Part shown: in pieces, positions 9,510 through 19,348 of the stretch | How the letters are laid out: every line of letters starts with the position of its first letter | How positions within the stretch are numbered: the stretch's first letter is position 1 | Assembly: GCA_963719505.1 (NCBI GenBank) | Contig: CAVRCF010000004.1 | Coordinates: 192,001 to 256,000, forward strand | Reading direction: 5' to 3' | DNA: 64,000 nucleotides | From: Halobacteriovoraceae bacterium | GTDB taxonomy: Bacteria > Bdellovibrionota > Bacteriovoracia > Bacteriovoracales > Bacteriovoracaceae | Program-made: the position numbers and the translations under genes | The notes under the pieces: model-generated | Database searches by the model: none | Told to the model about the DNA's origin: nothing | Seen by the model: the letters and a program-made list of their open reading frames with translations, nothing else

Positions 9510-10231
9510 GGGCAACTCCATTGTTGCTCAATGAGGTTTGTTTTATTTTGAGTGATATTCCATATTTTCGTACAGTAGCTTCCTGCAAAAAAGGCATCTG
9601 GCTTAAAACTCTTTTTGCAATCTACACTCTCTTTTAGCCTGATCGCTTTACTAATGTCTTGGGGATCCAACAGTTCAATATTCCACTTTCCTGACTCGGT
9701 GATACTCATAGAGAAGTCTTTATTCTCAAAGTCACTTGTCAGATACACTTTGGAGTTTTTTATAAAAAGTGGTTGATCCCCATAGGGTAAACTATAGGTC
9801 ATTCCGGTGTCGTGATTTTTAACCTTAGGTAATATGATCGCCGCGCTTTTTGGATCATTTCTTAAAAATAATATTCCTTTGTCGATTTTCTCTTTTGAGG
9901 CTTTGGGGTTGTGAAATTCACATCTAGAATTATATAAAATGGGATCAAGAGTTTTCGATTCACCTTCTTTCACCAAAAACTGCACAGGAAGACCGTACTT
10001 TCTCTTAAAAGCTTTAAGGCTTTTGATATCAGCTTTTGATGAATTCCACGTCAAAATCTTTTTACCATTTTCAGCCGAACAAAAAGAGTTCTCAAGACAG
10101 CCAGGATTTTCGTGAATCAAGTCCATATAGCTCACATCTTTCTTTGTTTTAAGCTTATTTACGTGTTTATCGCTAAAATTTTGGGCACTTAGGGTAGTTA
10201 TCCAGAATGTTAAAAGTAGGAGGAATTTCAT
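9506..10231 (-). CDS. Hypothetical secreted protein
   Basis: Signal peptide MKFLLLLTFWITTLSA; six Cys; first gene of the coupled operon. Confidence 0.75.
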   Translation of the reverse strand: MKFLLLLTFWITTLSAQNFSDKHVNKLKTKKDVSYMDLIHENPGCLENSFCSAENGKKILTWNSSKADIKSLKAFKRKYGLPVQFLVKEGESKTLDPILYNSRCEFHNPKASKEKIDKGILFLRNDPKSAAIILPKVKNHDTGMTYSLPYGDQPLFIKNSKVYLTSDFENKDFSMSITESGKWNIELLDPQDISKAIRLKESVDCKKSFKPDAFFAGSYCTKIWNITQNKTNLIEQQWSCP

Positions 10232-10328
10232 AAAAAAATATTAGCACAAATGTGGGCAATTAATGAACTCAGGCTTTCATATAATTTCATAGACTTCCGT
10301 CAAAAAGGCGCCATATTTTAAGGTGGAT

Positions 10329-10385
10329 ACACTATATATTGTGGTTGTCAGAAAATTGACGATTAAAAACCACAAGATATTGTGT
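10329..10385 (+). promoter_or_regulatory. Tandem NrdR boxes
   Basis: acactatatattgtgg (10329-10344) and ccacaagatattgtgt (10370-10385) match acaCwAtATaTwGtgt, 41 bp apart, upstream of nrdJ. Confidence 0.85.
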
Positions 10386-10464
10386 TGACGTGAGTGAGAA
10401 ACAGGAATTTAATACTAATATATCTTTTCATTAAGTTGGATGACAAAACTAAGGAGTAGTTGCT

Positions 10465-13400
10465 GTGAAGATTAAGAGACTATACACAAAAAAAGGAAAA
10501 AACGCCTACCAAAGCCTCAGCTTTGAAAAACGAGTGAGCGAGGTAAAGAACGTCGATGGTTCTAGTTCAGGGACTCAATCTGTTACTGTCCCTAAGTTTT
10601 GGTCTCAAGTTGCCACTGATATAATTGCTCAAAAATATTTTAGAAGAACTGGCGTCCCTCAAAAAAATGAAAAAGGTGAAGCGATCCTTGATCAAAGTGG
10701 AAACCCTATCTTAGGTGGAGAGACTGATTCAAGAGAAGTCTTTGATAGGCTCTCAGGTTGTTGGAGAACGTGGGGGGAGAATTATAATTATTTCGATTCA
10801 AAAGAAGACGCTGATGCCTTTGAGGATGAGCTTAAATATATGCTTGCCAATCAAATGGCTGCTCCAAACTCACCTCAGTGGTTTAACACGGGTCTTCACT
10901 CATCATACGGGATTAAGGGAAAGCCACAGGGACATCACTTTGTGGATCCAAGTTCTGGAAAAATAGAAAATTCAACTTCAGCCTATGAAAGACCTCAGCC
11001 TCATGCTTGCTTTATTCAATCGATAAATGACGACCTGGTAAACGATGGCGGTATTATGGATCTTTGGAGTAGAGAAGCTAGGCTTTTTAAATTCGGATCT
11101 GGAACGGGAACAAACTTCTCTAATATTCGCTCTGAGGGTGAACCTCTCTCAGGTGGTGGAAGATCATCAGGTCTTATGAGCTTTCTAAAAATTGGTGACA
11201 GAGCTGCTGGTGCGATTAAATCTGGTGGGACTACTAGAAGAGCAGCAAAAATGGTTTGTCTTGATCTCGATCATCCAGACATTGTCGATTTTATCCAGTG
11301 GAAGGTTAAAGAAGAGAGAAAAGTCGCATCACTCGTTACCGGAAGTAAGGTTTGTAAAAAGCATCTGCAGTTGATTTTTAAAGCGATGAATGAGTCTGAA
11401 CTCTCTGGTGATGCAAAATTTTCGGGTAAGACAAATAAAGAACTAGCAATTGCTATTCGAGGTGCAAATAACGATCTGGTTCCGATGAACTATATTTCAC
11501 GATGCATCGATTTGGCCAAGCAGGGATTTAGTGATATTGAATTTGAAGTTTACGATACAGATTGGAATTCTGAGGCTTATGCAACAGTAGCTGGTCAAAA
11601 CTCTAACAACTCCATAAGAATACCAAACAAATTTTTTAAGGCCCTTGAGACCGAAGACGAGTGGGAATTCATCTCAAGAACAACCGGTAAGACTGTAAAG
11701 ACTCTAAAAGCAACTGAGCTTTGGGAGATGATTAGTGAATCAGCTTGGCAATGTGCTGACCCAGGAGTTCAATTTGACGATACAATTAATGAATGGCACA
11801 CGTGTCCAGCAGATGGAAGAATAAACGCTTCTAACCCTTGTTCTGAATATATGTTTTTAGATGATACAGCCTGCAACTTAGCTTCACTAAACCTGGTGAA
11901 GTTTATGGATCCTGTGACGAACATGTTTGATATCGAAAGCTATATCCATGCCTGTGAAGTGTGGACGATGGTGCTTGAGATATCTGTTCTTATGGCCCAG
12001 TTTCCATCGAAAGAGATCGCATTGAGATCTTTTCAGTACAGAACACTTGGACTAGGTTTTGCTAACATCGGTGCTCTTCTTATGTTGATGGGCCACGCCT
12101 ACGATTCTGAAGAAGGAAGAAATATTGCGGCAAGTTTGACGGCCATAATGGGGGGAACAACTTATAAGGTTTCTGCTATGATGGCCAAAGAGCATGGAGC
12201 CTTTGAAAGGTTTGATGCTAACAAAGAGCATATGCTTAGGGTTATTAAAAATCATAGAAGAGCTGTATACGCAGCAACAGATTATGAAGGTCTTACTATC
12301 AATCCTGTACCACTTGATAAAAAACACGCTCCAAAATTTATGTTGGAAGCTGCTAAAAAACAGTGGGACGAGGCTTTAAAACTTGGTGAAAAACACGGTT
12401 ATAGAAATGCTCAGACTACAGTTATAGCTCCAACAGGAACAATTGGTCTGGTCATGGATTGTGATACCACTGGTATTGAGCCTGACTTTGCTTTGGTTAA
12501 GTTTAAAAAATTAGCAGGGGGAGGGTATTTTAAAATTATCAACCAATCAGTTCCTCCGGCACTTAAAAATCTTGGTTATACGAAAGATCAAATTAAAGAT
12601 ATTGAAAACTTTGCTGTTGGTCACGCAACAATGGTTGGATGCCCAACAATTGATCATAAAAAGCTCAGAGACGCGGGGTTTACTGATGAGATTATTTCCA
12701 AAGTAGAGAACTCCCTAGAGTCGGCATTTGATATTACTTTTGCTTTTTCAAGGTATACCGTGGGAGATGACTTTCTTTTGAAAACTCTTAAACTTCCCAT
12801 TGAAAAGGTAGAGAGTTTTGAATTAAATATCCTCAAAGAAGCTGGCTTTTCCGACAACGATATTAAAGTGGCCAATGACTATGTCTGCGGAACAATGACA
12901 GTTGAAGGGGCTCCTCATCTTGAAGATAAGCATTTATCTGTTTTTGATTGTGCTAATAAGTGTGGAAGAACAGGGAAAAGATTAATAGCAGCTTCAGGAC
13001 ATATTAGAATGATGGCCGCATGTCAGCCTTATCTTTCCGGTGCAATCTCAAAAACGATCAATATGCCAAATGATGCAAGTATTGAAGATATCTCTGAAGC
13101 TTATAAACTTTCTTGGTCTTTAATGACAAAAGCTAATGCCATTTACAGAGATGGCTCAAAACTATCTCAACCACTAAATGCTCAAGCTTTTGAAGACTTG
13201 GGCTTAATGGAATCTTTTGATGATTTATCTCAAAATGAAAAGGTAACCACAGTTGCACAGAAGCTAGTGGAGAAAGTCATTTACAAAGAGATTTCTAAGC
13301 GAAGATCTCTTCCAAATAGAAGAATTGGCTATACGCAAAAGGCAAGCGTAGGTGGACACAAAGTTTATCTTAGAACTGGCCAATATGACGATGGCTCTTT

Positions 13401-13959
13401 AGGTGAGATTTTTATCGATATGCATAAGGAGGGTGCTGCTTATCGTTCACTAATGAACTGCTTTTCGATAGCGGTTTCTTTAGGGATGCAATATGGAGTT
13501 CCTCTTGAAGAGTATGTAGAGGCATTTACTTTCACAAAATTTGAACCAAATGGAATGGTTGTGGGCCACGATAATTTAAAAATGGCCACATCCGTAATAG
13601 ACTACGTCTTTAGAGATCTTGCTTGCAAGTATTTAGGTCGACACGATCTTGTCCATGTAAAACCCACAGATCTTGAAAGCGATAAAATCTCTGGAGAGTC
13701 AAAGGATGATGAGCCTCTACTTGCCATGATTGAAGGTGAAACTTCCGTTGAACATGCTGATGGAAGCCGAGTGAGTACGCAAAAGGTTTTTTCAAGACAA
13801 GCAGACTCAGAGATGTTTTCACAAGCAAAAAAAATGAGTGAAGCTAAAATGAAAGGCTATGAAGGCGAATCTTGCCCAGAGTGCACCTCATTTACAATGT
13901 TAAGAAATGGAAGCTGTATGAAATGTGACACATGCGGAGCAACGACCGGATGCTCATAG
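10465..13959 (+). CDS. nrdJ: Vitamin B12-dependent (class II) ribonucleotide reductase
   Basis: [61 protein letters not shown] domain and C-terminal Zn ribbon; SD aaggag before GTG. Confidence 0.97.
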   Translation: MKIKRLYTKKGKNAYQSLSFEKRVSEVKNVDGSSSGTQSVTVPKFWSQVATDIIAQKYFRRTGVPQKNEKGEAILDQSGNPILGGETDSREVFDRLSGCWRTWGENYNYFDSKEDADAFEDELKYMLANQMAAPNSPQWFNTGLHSSYGIKGKPQGHHFVDPSSGKIENSTSAYERPQPHACFIQSINDDLVNDGGIMDLWSREARLFKFGSGTGTNFSNIRSEGEPLSGGGRSSGLMSFLKIGDRAAGAIKSGGTTRRAAKMVCLDLDHPDIVDFIQWKVKEERKVASLVTGSKVCKKHLQLIFKAMNESELSGDAKFSGKTNKELAIAIRGANNDLVPMNYISRCIDLAKQGFSDIEFEVYDTDWNSEAYATVAGQNSNNSIRIPNKFFKALETEDEWEFISRTTGKTVKTLKATELWEMISESAWQCADPGVQFDDTINEWHTCPADGRINASNPCSEYMFLDDTACNLASLNLVKFMDPVTNMFDIESYIHACEVWTMVLEISVLMAQFPSKEIALRSFQYRTLGLGFANIGALLMLMGHAYDSEEGRNIAASLTAIMGGTTYKVSAMMAKEHGAFERFDANKEHMLRVIKNHRRAVYAATDYEGLTINPVPLDKKHAPKFMLEAAKKQWDEALKLGEKHGYRNAQTTVIAPTGTIGLVMDCDTTGIEPDFALVKFKKLAGGGYFKIINQSVPPALKNLGYTKDQIKDIENFAVGHATMVGCPTIDHKKLRDAGFTDEIISKVENSLESAFDITFAFSRYTVGDDFLLKTLKLPIEKVESFELNILKEAGFSDNDIKVANDYVCGTMTVEGAPHLEDKHLSVFDCANKCGRTGKRLIAASGHIRMMAACQPYLSGAISKTINMPNDASIEDISEAYKLSWSLMTKANAIYRDGSKLSQPLNAQAFEDLGLMESFDDLSQNEKVTTVAQKLVEKVIYKEISKRRSLPNRRIGYTQKASVGGHKVYLRTGQYDDGSLGEIFIDMHKEGAAYRSLMNCFSIAVSLGMQYGVPLEEYVEAFTFTKFEPNGMVVGHDNLKMATSVIDYVFRDLACKYLGRHDLVHVKPTDLESDKISGESKDDEPLLAMIEGETSVEHADGSRVSTQKVFSRQADSEMFSQAKKMSEAKMKGYEGESCPECTSFTMLRNGSCMKCDTCGATTGCS

Positions 13960-14064
13960 AATAAAGTAATTGGTACTACTTATCCTGCACGAGAATAATC
14001 CTGCACACACACAATGTTAAAGGTTATTACTCAACTTCAAATTTCGGTTTGATGAAAATAATGT

Positions 14065-14090
14065 GGGGGGCGAATGTCCCCCTTTTATTT
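14065..14090 (+). terminator. Rho-independent terminator after nrdJ
   Basis: G-run / C-run stem (gggggc-gaat-gtcccc) followed by tttt. Confidence 0.65.
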
Positions 14091-14424
14091 AACACTCGCA
14101 TTCATATTTGAAAATATCATCATTATCAATACAGACATTTCCTTTATCCTGAAGACATCGCGTAAATTTAAAGTAGAGATCTTCACACTCGTTAATCGTA
14201 ATATAGTTTTCGTAAACTCGTTGGTCATTTTTATCAAAGGTGTCTAGTTTCTGAATGAAAGACTGGCAATCGAGTTTCGTGTAATTTGCATTTGAAGATG
14301 TCTGAGTTATTTTGAAAATGGAGTCGTATTGATCGACCTTAACCATGTGATCATAACTATACTGAAATCCGTACGCAGGTAGGAGAATAAGTGACACTAC
14401 CATTACTTTAAAAGTTTTTGACAT
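14089..14424 (-). CDS. Small secreted Cys-rich hypothetical protein
   Basis: Signal peptide; six Cys. Confidence 0.7.
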   Translation of the reverse strand: MSKTFKVMVVSLILLPAYGFQYSYDHMVKVDQYDSIFKITQTSSNANYTKLDCQSFIQKLDTFDKNDQRVYENYITINECEDLYFKFTRCLQDKGNVCIDNDDIFKYECEC

Positions 14425-14477
14425 GCCCCTTTATCGGAAGATTTTGGTGTGGAGCTGATCTAAGTTTTTTTCGAGGT

Positions 14478-14505
14478 AAAAATTGCCCCTCTTTTTAAGA
14501 GGGGC
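14478..14505 (-). terminator. Rho-independent terminator of the DUF481 gene
   Basis: gcccctctt / aagaggggc stem. Confidence 0.7.
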
Positions 14506-14512
14506 TGTATAT

Positions 14513-15235
14513 TTAGAACTTTGCGATAAGTGATGTCGTATATGTCCAGTCTAGGTACTCTTCGGCACCTGGGTTGAGTTCATTATCATAACGTCCAGTA
14601 TAAGCTAGGCTCAACGAGAAAGTTTGTGATAGAGTCACGTTTAAAGATGGCTCAAAATTGATTTGATAGTCTTCACCGCGAGTAAAGTTTGGAAGGAATC
14701 TTACCCAAAATTTATAGTTAACATTTTCATTTAAAACTTGTTCCCACTCAATATAAGCGTTTCCTTTGGTGTCATTTCTAACGGTACCATTTTCAGTTTC
14801 TGTATCAGTAGTTTGTTCAATGGTGTATCGAAGACCAAGTTCTGTTGCAAGCTTTTTAGCATCTGTGTCTATCCATTGATATCTCGCACCACCATCGTAG
14901 TTTTGTCTTTGCTTATAACCTGCAAACTCATTTCCTTCGAACTGAGCCCCAACGAATGCTCCAAGCTTTTTAGTAATATCGTGAGCATATTTTGTGAAAA
15001 CATCCCAGTTTCTAACAGTCTCAGTGCTGTCCGAGCCTTCAGTTCCCAAAGTATAATGTCCACCAAAAGTTACGGCCTCTTTTTCCCATTTCTTTTTTGA
15101 TTCAGTTTTTAAGTTGTAAGTTTCTGTCTCTGTGTTACCGCCAGTTTTAATAACTGAAAGTCCTGTCTCGTTTGTAAATTTTGCAATGGCATGAGTGCTC
15201 AAGGCGATCATACAAATAATCACTAATTTGTTCAT
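14513..15235 (-). CDS. DUF481/YdiY-family outer-membrane beta-barrel protein
   Basis: Signal peptide; TGGNTET, FAGY..R..GARY, amphipathic strands, terminal Phe. Confidence 0.85.
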   Translation of the reverse strand: MNKLVIICMIALSTHAIAKFTNETGLSVIKTGGNTETETYNLKTESKKKWEKEAVTFGGHYTLGTEGSDSTETVRNWDVFTKYAHDITKKLGAFVGAQFEGNEFAGYKQRQNYDGGARYQWIDTDAKKLATELGLRYTIEQTTDTETENGTVRNDTKGNAYIEWEQVLNENVNYKFWVRFLPNFTRGEDYQINFEPSLNVTLSQTFSLSLAYTGRYDNELNPGAEEYLDWTYTTSLIAKF

Positions 15236-15310
15236 TTTTGCTCCTTAAAATTTTTGAATGATAATACTAGAATGGTAGACTTAATGTGGCAAAGAAAAAA
15301 TGAGGAGTTT

Positions 15311-15946
15311 ATGGAAGCAAAATTTTGGTTAAATAAATGGGATAAAAAAGAGATTGGTTTTCATTATAGCGAGCCAAACCCTCTGTTGATCGACCATTTT
15401 AAAAAGCTTGGGATAGATGAGGGTGACAAGATACTTTTGCCCTTATGCGGCAAGACCGCAGATCTCCTCTGGCTAATGAAGCAAAATGTTTCTGTCTTTG
15501 GAGTGGAGCTCTCAGAGACGGCCATTAAAGAATTCTTTATTGAAAACGAGCTTCAATATCAAACTGAAAACGATAAAGGTTTCACCGTCTACTTTGGTGA
15601 GAATATTAGAATTTATCATGGTGACTTTTTCACATTTCATAACGAAATAAATTTAAAATTTAAAGCGATCTATGATCGAGCTTCCTTAGTCGCTTTACCT
15701 GAAAAAATGCGACTCAACTATTTTAGAGAAATAAAAAAACTTTTGGAAGATAAGGGACACTATTTCCTTATAAGTTTTGAGTATGATCAAGAGGCAATGT
15801 CTGGACCCCCTTTTTGTGTTGATAAAAATGAAGTTGTAAGAAACCTTGATTTTAAACTTTTAGAAGAAGAAAGATCTCTCAATAAACAGATGAGCCAAAG
15901 AACAAAGACAGATTTTCTTACCTGTTACTACCTCTTTGAAAAGTAG
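15311..15946 (+). CDS. tpm: Thiopurine S-methyltransferase
   Basis: FW..KW....IGFH, PLCGKTAD, GVELSE, YDRASLVALP, GPPF; SD gaggag. Confidence 0.92.
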   Translation: MEAKFWLNKWDKKEIGFHYSEPNPLLIDHFKKLGIDEGDKILLPLCGKTADLLWLMKQNVSVFGVELSETAIKEFFIENELQYQTENDKGFTVYFGENIRIYHGDFFTFHNEINLKFKAIYDRASLVALPEKMRLNYFREIKKLLEDKGHYFLISFEYDQEAMSGPPFCVDKNEVVRNLDFKLLEEERSLNKQMSQRTKTDFLTCYYLFEK

Positions 15947-16188
15947 TCTCTCAATCTTCTTAAAAGCGACTTTCGTGGATAAATCTTAATCCAATACTTG
16001 TGTTTTTCTTGTGTTATTACTTTAACCTTTTTCTCACGAACAAGTTCACTCAATGCCCTTTCGAGGTCTTCAATGGTGTCGTCTTTATTTGTTAAGAGGT
16101 ACTCAGAGCTTATGTCGAGGTAGATCATCTCCATGTTCATGGGTTCTATAAAGGAGAGAGTTCTTTGTAATTCTGTTTTTAGTTTCAT
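15928..16188 (-). CDS. Small hypothetical protein (possibly winged helix)
   Basis: 86-aa ORF filling the gap; helix-helix-wing-like pattern. Confidence 0.55.
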   Translation of the reverse strand: MKLKTELQRTLSFIEPMNMEMIYLDISSEYLLTNKDDTIEDLERALSELVREKKVKVITQEKHKYWIKIYPRKSLLRRLRDYFSKR

Positions 16189-16254
16189 TGTTAACCAAGC
16201 AGTGCGTCTTGTCGTTTTTTGGGGTCGATATATTGTATTAGAAAGGAGATCAAT

Positions 16255-16695
16255 ATGAAAGTATTTGGACTAATGATTATATTATGTGGAACCGTTTTTG
16301 CCTCACAAGCGAAAGCTGATAGCTGTAGGGCATTTTTAAAAAATGGACAAGGATACATCCTAGAGACTTTTAATGTTAATGGATACAATCGAGCTGAAGC
16401 ATGCCAAATCGCTTCACAGACTTGTCAAAGGGCCCTTCGAAATGGACCTTATTCTGGAAGCGGTTTAAGATGTGAAGTTGAAGGTGTTCAAAATCCAGGC
16501 TATATTGTTCGTTCCTGCCAAGTCGTACTTGAGGATAACTTTGGTCGAGGGATTCGTGGGTTTTTAGGCCAAGCGAGAGGTCGAAGCCATGCTGAGGCAT
16601 ACCAAGCAGCTTGTCGTGATGGTCTCAGAGATTGCCACTTTTATAGAAATCGTTATGGTTATCGCTTTTACAATTGTAGAGTGAGACCTTACTAA
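16255..16695 (+). CDS. Secreted Cys-rich protein with two internal repeats
   Basis: SD aaggag; signal peptide; repeat units C...L.[ND]..G.....F and AC......C. Confidence 0.75.
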   Translation: MKVFGLMIILCGTVFASQAKADSCRAFLKNGQGYILETFNVNGYNRAEACQIASQTCQRALRNGPYSGSGLRCEVEGVQNPGYIVRSCQVVLEDNFGRGIRGFLGQARGRSHAEAYQAACRDGLRDCHFYRNRYGYRFYNCRVRPY

Positions 16696-18119
16696 TAGGG
16701 TTGGATATCAAATCCTACACTAAATGCCTTGTCATGGGTGTAGGATTTAATTGTAGCTTTATATTGTGAATTAATTTCTAGATCTTTGTCCACTATGACG
16801 AGATTCTCTATTTCATCTCTTAGATTTCTTTTCAGTTCGTTTTCAATTCTTTTAGAAAGAATACTTAAGGGAAGTCTTGTTTTGGGAATAAATCGGGACC
16901 ATTTCAAGTAAGCTCTCCCAGTAATTGAGTTGATCTTAAAGTCTTCAAAATTTAAGACAAGGCCTTTGGGACTTAAGGCAATTTTAAAATCGAGAGTAGA
17001 GCGAATTCCTAATTCATCACCATTGAAATAAATATGAGGATACTGTTTGGTTAAAACGCGAGCTGATAAGTTTAGTTCGATCTTGATCTTGTCTTGATCA
17101 TAATCCACTTTCATTTTTTTACGAGGTGTTATCCAAAGAAGAGCATTGATGTCCCTACCTAAAAATGAGACATTGATGTCTTGTCCGTCTTGACCTTCTT
17201 TATAACCGAGACAAAGAAGGGGCTCTTTGATCTGTGAGTTAACGATGACTTCATTGAGGGTGAGATTGTCTAAAATTGTCTCAAAGATGGAGTGATCAAT
17301 CTCTATGTTCCCTTTGTCTTCAAGCTCACTTGCGCATTCATGAACGGCAAAATCATTGTGGAAAATGGGATCGACTTTTATAGAGAGCTCTCTTTGTGAA
17401 AGTTCAATCTGGTTTATATCAAAACTTATAGTTGAAGCCAGATTAGGTAGAAACCTTTTTCTAGAAATATTATCTCTGATACTTTGATTTAATTGTGTCT
17501 GGGCACTTTTGATGATCTCAGAGTTATTAATCCAGTCCGCCATAAAATTATTTATGGCGATTTTTATCATTTGATCAACTTCTCTTTGTGAAAAGATATT
17601 ATCTAAAATATATCTTAGGGTCGAACCAATGCCATCTCTTGCAGTAATCTTTATATTTTCAAATTTAAAATTTTGAGAGCCTTGGTGAACGATCTTAAAC
17701 TCTTGTCCACCGACAACAGCAATGGAAGAGGAAGCCTTGAGTATGGTGTTGAGCTCAGCTTTAAAATACTCATCGTGAGTGATCTCCACACCAAACTGTT
17801 TGAATTTAAATCTTATTTTAAATAAAAAGTTGGCCGTTGCATCTTCTAATTTCCATTTGAGATCAACGTTTTGACTATTATTGAATTGAACGTAAAAAAG
17901 TGGGCGCTTTATTGGGGCTAAAACTAAGACTCCATTTTCGATTGAATATGAGATGGAATTTGAAAATGTGCTTTTACTTTTATCAACACTATATTGATAG
18001 TCAATGGTACTCCAAAGAGGATCAATTAAGTTATTAATGAGATCATCACTGAGATGAGTTTTGATATTTATTGTTCCAGCTAAAGAGCTAAGAGAGAATA
18101 GAAAGAAAAGAATTTTCAT
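16692..18119 (-). CDS. Hypothetical secreted protein
   Basis: 475-aa ORF; signal peptide MKILFFLFSLSSLA. Confidence 0.75.
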   Translation of the reverse strand: MKILFFLFSLSSLAGTINIKTHLSDDLINNLIDPLWSTIDYQYSVDKSKSTFSNSISYSIENGVLVLAPIKRPLFYVQFNNSQNVDLKWKLEDATANFLFKIRFKFKQFGVEITHDEYFKAELNTILKASSSIAVVGGQEFKIVHQGSQNFKFENIKITARDGIGSTLRYILDNIFSQREVDQMIKIAINNFMADWINNSEIIKSAQTQLNQSIRDNISRKRFLPNLASTISFDINQIELSQRELSIKVDPIFHNDFAVHECASELEDKGNIEIDHSIFETILDNLTLNEVIVNSQIKEPLLCLGYKEGQDGQDINVSFLGRDINALLWITPRKKMKVDYDQDKIKIELNLSARVLTKQYPHIYFNGDELGIRSTLDFKIALSPKGLVLNFEDFKINSITGRAYLKWSRFIPKTRLPLSILSKRIENELKRNLRDEIENLVIVDKDLEINSQYKATIKSYTHDKAFSVGFDIQPY

Positions 18120-18125
18120 CTACTT

Positions 18126-18154
18126 AGTATAGAGATGAAAGGCGGTTAAATCAA
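18126..18154 (-). promoter_or_regulatory. sigma70 promoter, probably giving a leaderless mRNA
   Basis: TTGATT-17-TATACT then 6 nt to ATG 18119; no SD. Confidence 0.6.
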
Positions 18155-18763
18155 AGTTTTAAGTTTGTCGAAATACAGTGGTCCAAGCTTATGACCAATT
18201 TTGTCAATCTTTATAAATTCACCCTTTGAATTAAGCATTTCAAACTGTGTTTGTGCCTCTTCTGGACTAACAATTCCATCTTCCACAGAATGGACTTGAG
18301 AGTAGGTGATATCTCTCTTTTCAAAGTATTTATTTCTAAAAATGCAAGCAAGACCTATGACTTTATCAACACGTTGGCACAATTGGGCTACTTTTGGTGC
18401 TAGAAAGCCTCCTTGTGAGTAGCCGATTATAGTCACCGGAAGCTCTTTATTAAACTGATCGAGAAGATCGCTTAAAAACCTTGCTGCTGGTTCAAGACCG
18501 ACAAAAAACTTTTTTTCTTTTGGCTCTAAAAAATACCAAGAGTAGCGAGCAAAAAAAGTATCTCCTTTTTTATGAGGAATAAGAAAAGGTGCGTTCGGTG
18601 AAATGATAAGAGCATCATTCGGTAGGTACTGCTTAAGAGTATCAATCATAAATTTACCATCGAGCATATAGCCGTGGAGAAGGAGGTAGATTCTCTTTGG
18701 GTCCTCACATTCATTGGTGTGAAATTGGCAATCAAGGTGCAAGGGTAAATTAATTGTCTTCAT
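18146..18763 (-). CDS. Alpha/beta hydrolase (phospholipase/carboxylesterase-like)
   Basis: LLHGY, GYSQGG nucleophile elbow, D..V and GH. Confidence 0.88.
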   Translation of the reverse strand: MKTINLPLHLDCQFHTNECEDPKRIYLLLHGYMLDGKFMIDTLKQYLPNDALIISPNAPFLIPHKKGDTFFARYSWYFLEPKEKKFFVGLEPAARFLSDLLDQFNKELPVTIIGYSQGGFLAPKVAQLCQRVDKVIGLACIFRNKYFEKRDITYSQVHSVEDGIVSPEEAQTQFEMLNSKGEFIKIDKIGHKLGPLYFDKLKTLI

Positions 18764-19262
18764 TTTTTCTCGTAAAGTCAGCTTCAACAACATTGTCTAT
18801 ATTTTCTGTTTTGTTTTCTGGATACTCATTATTTTCGAAAGGGTTTCTTTTTTGTTCAAATGGATTGGGTTTACCGGTAAAGATGTGGACATTACCACTT
18901 TTGACCCCTTTCATAATAATGTCTTTTGCAAAGATGAGAATAATATGGCGAGTTCCTGGAAACACCATACAGATTCCCAGAATATCAGTGATAAATCCTG
19001 GAGTGAGAAGAAGAAGGCCTCCACCAAAAACTAAAAGGCCATGAAAGATCTGATCCGCTGGAAGCTTACCTGTGTTGAGATCGGATTGAATCCTTTGAAG
19101 AATTTGAATTCCCTGTCCTTTTGCAAGGGCCGCTCCGACGACGCCTGTGACAATAACAATCATAAAGGTATTAAAGGCCCCAATTTGTCCACCGACTTCA
19201 ATAAACAGAAAGATCTCAAGCGCCGGAATAACGGTAAAGAGAAGCAAAAGTATTAAAAACAT
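18750..19262 (-). CDS. fxsA: FxsA family membrane protein
   Basis: PALEI, G..LAKGQG, LLLTPGFITDILG. Confidence 0.92.
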   Translation of the reverse strand: MFLILLLLFTVIPALEIFLFIEVGGQIGAFNTFMIVIVTGVVGAALAKGQGIQILQRIQSDLNTGKLPADQIFHGLLVFGGGLLLLTPGFITDILGICMVFPGTRHIILIFAKDIIMKGVKSGNVHIFTGKPNPFEQKRNPFENNEYPENKTENIDNVVEADFTRKNEDN

Positions 19263-19348
19263 AATTCATCCTAATTTTAAATGCTTATACCATGTAAAAC
19301 ATGCAATTACGATTGTCTAGAGGTGACTAAAAAGTTACAAAACGCATT

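Noticed and set aside
10232-10464. Cobalamin or SAM riboswitch upstream of nrdJ or the MtnK operon
   Set aside because: No B12-box or S-box consensus seen; the region is explained by promoters and NrdR boxes
10465-13959. Intein or intron in nrdJ
   Set aside because: Continuous RNR motifs; no C...HN splice ends or LAGLIDADG block seen
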